Assembly: GCA_944325305.1 (NCBI GenBank)
Contig: CALUZO010000016.1
Location: 18,856-82,855 of the forward strand
DNA from: an uncultured Rikenellaceae bacterium
Lineage (GTDB): Bacteria; Bacteroidota; Bacteroidia; Bacteroidales; Rikenellaceae
Direction: 5' to 3'
Length of the DNA stretch: 64,000 nucleotides
Below are positions 61,797 to 64,000 of the stretch, piece after piece; within the stretch, counting starts at the first letter, position 1, and each line of letters opens with the position of its first letter. A program made the translations under genes and the position numbers. Under the pieces are notes generated by a model. That model was not told the DNA's origin, did no database searches, and saw only the letters and a program-made list of their open reading frames with translations.

Positions 61797-62549
61797 ATGG
61801 ATGCACCTTTCGGAAAAATATGCGGCGACGAGTGCTACGGCATATACTATTTCAAAGAACTGGAATCGACCAACGATACGGCTCAAAAACCAAACTACAA
61901 ACATAAGGACATCATTGTCTCCGACGCCCAGACCAAAGGCCGCGGACAGGGAGGCAACACATGGACAAGCGAGCCTGGCAAAAACCTGATCTTCAGCATG
62001 GTAATCGAACCCGACGGACTTCCGGCATCCAGACAGTTTCTATTATCAGAGATCATTTCACTTGCCATTACCGACACGCTCGGAAGCTACAACATCAAAG
62101 CCTCGATCAAATGGCCCAACGACATTTACATCAGAGACAAGAAAGTTGCCGGGATATTAATCGAGAACGAGGTGCAGGCGGGCGAGACGACACGTTCGAT
62201 AATCGGCGTCGGCCTCAACGTCAATCAAACCGAATTCGACAACGAACTTGCCCATGCTACCTCTATGAGCATTACGGCCAAACGAGAGTTCAATCGCAAC
62301 AAAGTCCTCACCCGGCTGTGCAACTACTTCTCACTTCGAAGCGAACAGCTCGCTGCTGGCAATACCAAACAGATCGAGGAGGAGTATTTCTCACGGTTGT
62401 ATCTTGCCAACACACCCCATACCTTCAAACTTCCGGACGGGACAAGATTCCGCGGAACCATACGTTCAGTAAACGAAAACGGAGAACTCAATATCGAAAC
62501 ACATAACGGCAGCATACGGACATTCTTGTTCAAGGAAGTGGCTTTCTGA
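61797..62549 (+). CDS. birA: Biotin--[acetyl-CoA-carboxylase] ligase (group I, no HTH)
   Basis: GRGQGGNTW variant of the GRGRxGRxW biotin-binding loop, and KWPNDIY. Confidence 0.88.
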   Translation: MDAPFGKICGDECYGIYYFKELESTNDTAQKPNYKHKDIIVSDAQTKGRGQGGNTWTSEPGKNLIFSMVIEPDGLPASRQFLLSEIISLAITDTLGSYNIKASIKWPNDIYIRDKKVAGILIENEVQAGETTRSIIGVGLNVNQTEFDNELAHATSMSITAKREFNRNKVLTRLCNYFSLRSEQLAAGNTKQIEEEYFSRLYLANTPHTFKLPDGTRFRGTIRSVNENGELNIETHNGSIRTFLFKEVAF

Positions 62550-62598
62550 GAGACGACACCTGTCCGCAAATCTGAATACCATATTACACAAACTAGCA

Positions 62599-62637
62599 AT
62601 GCCGGCGCATGAGTCGATAAAACTCATGCGCCGGCAT
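62599..62637 (+). terminator. Intrinsic terminator after birA
   Basis: Perfect 16-bp stem ATGCCGGCGCATGAGT / ACTCATGCGCCGGCAT with a 7-nt loop. Confidence 0.75.
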
Positions 62638-62926
62638 ATTATAGTTACAGTGCCGATGCCCTTAATTACGGATGAACCGTCAATCGACAAACTGTGGAGC
62701 ACAATGCACAGAACAGCAAAATTCCAGAATATGTGCAGTACGCAGCACGGCCGTAAAAAACAATCCAAATATTGGAAATTGCACGCATATTGCATGAGCA
62801 TGAGTCATGTCAAACAGAATCACATCTATTTTAGGCATAAAATATACCATTATATCCGGCGGCATGATATGATGCAACGGTTGGCGACTTGGAGAACGGC
62901 GAACTCAGTCAAAGGAGCACCCTTGA

Positions 62927-62968
62927 AAAAATGCAACAGTCTGAGGAATTGGGCTGTTGCATTTTTTA
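62927..62968. terminator. Bidirectional terminator-like hairpin
   Basis: AAAAAATGCAACAG ... CTGTTGCATTTTTT: 14-bp inverted repeat including A/T tracts on both sides, with a 14-nt loop. Confidence 0.5.
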
Positions 62969-63314
62969 TGTTGGGACGAGGTAACGAAAAGGCAACGGTT
63001 CTCTTTTCCGCTGCTTGCGTTAGTAATCACAACCTCAAATAACAATTGTAAAGGTAATAAAAAAACGACAGAAACAATCGATAAGATCCTTTTCTTGCGT
63101 TGACCATCTTATTTTTGACGTTCATATAAACCATTTCATCCCTTACTCAGTCCACACACTGCCCCATTTCATCCGGTAGCGACCAGCCCATGGGATCGGA
63201 GGGATAAGCTGCAAGGCCGGCCCGTGAGGGACGCTTTGTATAGCCTTGCAGTTTATTCACTCGATCCATACCTTTGCGTTCGGGTGGAATGGGGATTTCA
63301 TTCCCGGCCTCCCG

Positions 63315-64000
63315 TTATAACTTTGGGCCTTTAGATTTCTTTGGGAATGACACGATCCTTCCCTGTTTTGTATCGTGTCGGGGCGTTCGGGGTTTGCGAG
63401 GATCGTCCCAACTTTCTTGATACGTTTCGTCCGAAGGATTCTCTTGCCAGAGATAGGGCCTTGCGGTTTGCCCGTGTCCTCCCCACCATTGAACGAGGGC
63501 ACGGACGACAAAACCGCCCTTTATCAAGTCCCTGTCCATGCGTCGCATGGTGTATTTGCCGTATTCGACCCAATCGCGCGGATCGTGTCCGATGTAGGCT
63601 CGTCCTCTCGTCAGGTTGTCATCCATGACCAGATAACCGTCGAACGTTTTCCCTTCATGCTGCATCCCTTCGAGATAAACCGGTTGCCCGTCCTTTATTT
63701 GTTCTACCTGTTCATCTGTAAGCCGTACACCAAATATGATCGGGTTTTGGGTAGAATGTTCCTGTTTCTGCCGTTCTATTTCCTGTCTTTCTCGTTCTGC
63801 TCGGTTCGCTTCAATAATTTTACAGAGGTTGGCATAGCTGAACTTCCGATCTACCTGCGAGGCCTTGAGTGTCTGCCTTTGCATAGTAAAGGTCATACCC
63901 TGTATCTCCTTTTGCGGGTCGCCGCCCCGATGGGCGAAGGTTGCCGTTATGCCTTCCCTATTCAACTGTTCGACCAGTTCCGTAAAACAGGCACAATCCT
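63315..64000 (-). CDS. Mobile-element protein, partial (C-terminal part of a MobA/VirD2-type relaxase or related conjugative-transposon protein)
   Basis: The frame stays open past the TTG at 63965 to the window edge (..DCACFTELVEQLNREGI..). The segment GITATFAHRGGDPQKEIQGMTFTMQRQTLKASQVDRKFSYANL resembles the conserved C-proximal block of Bacteroides mobilization relaxases. Local GC looks higher than in the flank. Confidence 0.45.
   Translation of the reverse strand, partial: DCACFTELVEQLNREGITATFAHRGGDPQKEIQGMTFTMQRQTLKASQVDRKFSYANLCKIIEANRAERERQEIERQKQEHSTQNPIIFGVRLTDEQVEQIKDGQPVYLEGMQHEGKTFDGYLVMDDNLTRGRAYIGHDPRDWVEYGKYTMRRMDRDLIKGGFVVRALVQWWGGHGQTARPYLWQENPSDETYQESWDDPRKPRTPRHDTKQGRIVSFPKKSKGPKL

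Noticed and set aside
62599-63042. 147-aa plus-strand ORF after birA.
   Set aside because: It starts inside the birA terminator hairpin, runs through a second terminator-like hairpin, and is His/Arg/Lys-rich with no motif. It is probably non-coding junction DNA.
1-64000. rRNA, tRNA, tmRNA and riboswitch genes.
   Set aside because: I recognised no T-loop (GGTTCGAAT-type) or other hallmark sequence in the intergenic regions while reading. Their absence is not proven without tRNAscan or Rfam scans.

Overview
The window looks like a Bacteroidota (probably Bacteroidales) chromosome. This is inferred from the lipoprotein-type signal peptides, TAnnTTTG-like promoter elements and the gene families present. 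About 80% of it is ordinary, densely packed core genome. The recognisable core genes are:
- Transport and efflux: a cation:proton antiporter fragment, an MFS transporter, a TolC/MacA/MacB-type four-gene efflux operon, an AI-2E transporter, a PiT phosphate transporter.
- Envelope: a divergent PBP1C / alpha-2-macroglobulin pair with an intact CIEQ thioester motif, a DUF937-OmpA protein, an OmpH-like lipoprotein, two FKBP-like lipoproteins.
- Metabolism: an S1 sulfatase, an MBL hydrolase, galactose mutarotase, alkaline phosphatase, fumC, folP, coaE, lolD, a nucleoside kinase, prolyl oligopeptidase, dapD, birA.
- DNA and RNA functions: the TIGR03916/TIGR03915 radical-SAM DNA-metabolism pair, an AlkD-like protein, tRNA m6A37 methyltransferase, ruvA.

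Two regions are accessory.

1. About 47.3-58.3 kb is a compact island of about 11 kb with 15 co-directional ORFs of phage origin. It encodes a ClpP-like prohead protease with a scaffold-like tail, a major capsid candidate, a portal, a holin, a phi6-P5-like muralytic protein, a TM/coiled-coil protein and several large orphan structural proteins. All ORFs look intact. I can find no terminase, integrase, replication, repressor or tape-measure gene, and the module order is atypical. This is the best candidate for something undescribed: a domesticated GTA-like particle, a capsid-encoding satellite, or an unusually clean prophage remnant.

2. From 63.3 kb to the window end a higher-GC gene resembles a conjugative or mobilizable-element relaxase. 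This suggests the window ends inside an integrated mobile element.

I also see a degraded L,D-transpeptidase pseudogene, many strong intrinsic-terminator hairpins and some short tandem repeats in long intergenic regions. I recognised no rRNA, tRNA or CRISPR array. All family assignments come from motif and architecture recognition by eye. No database search was run.
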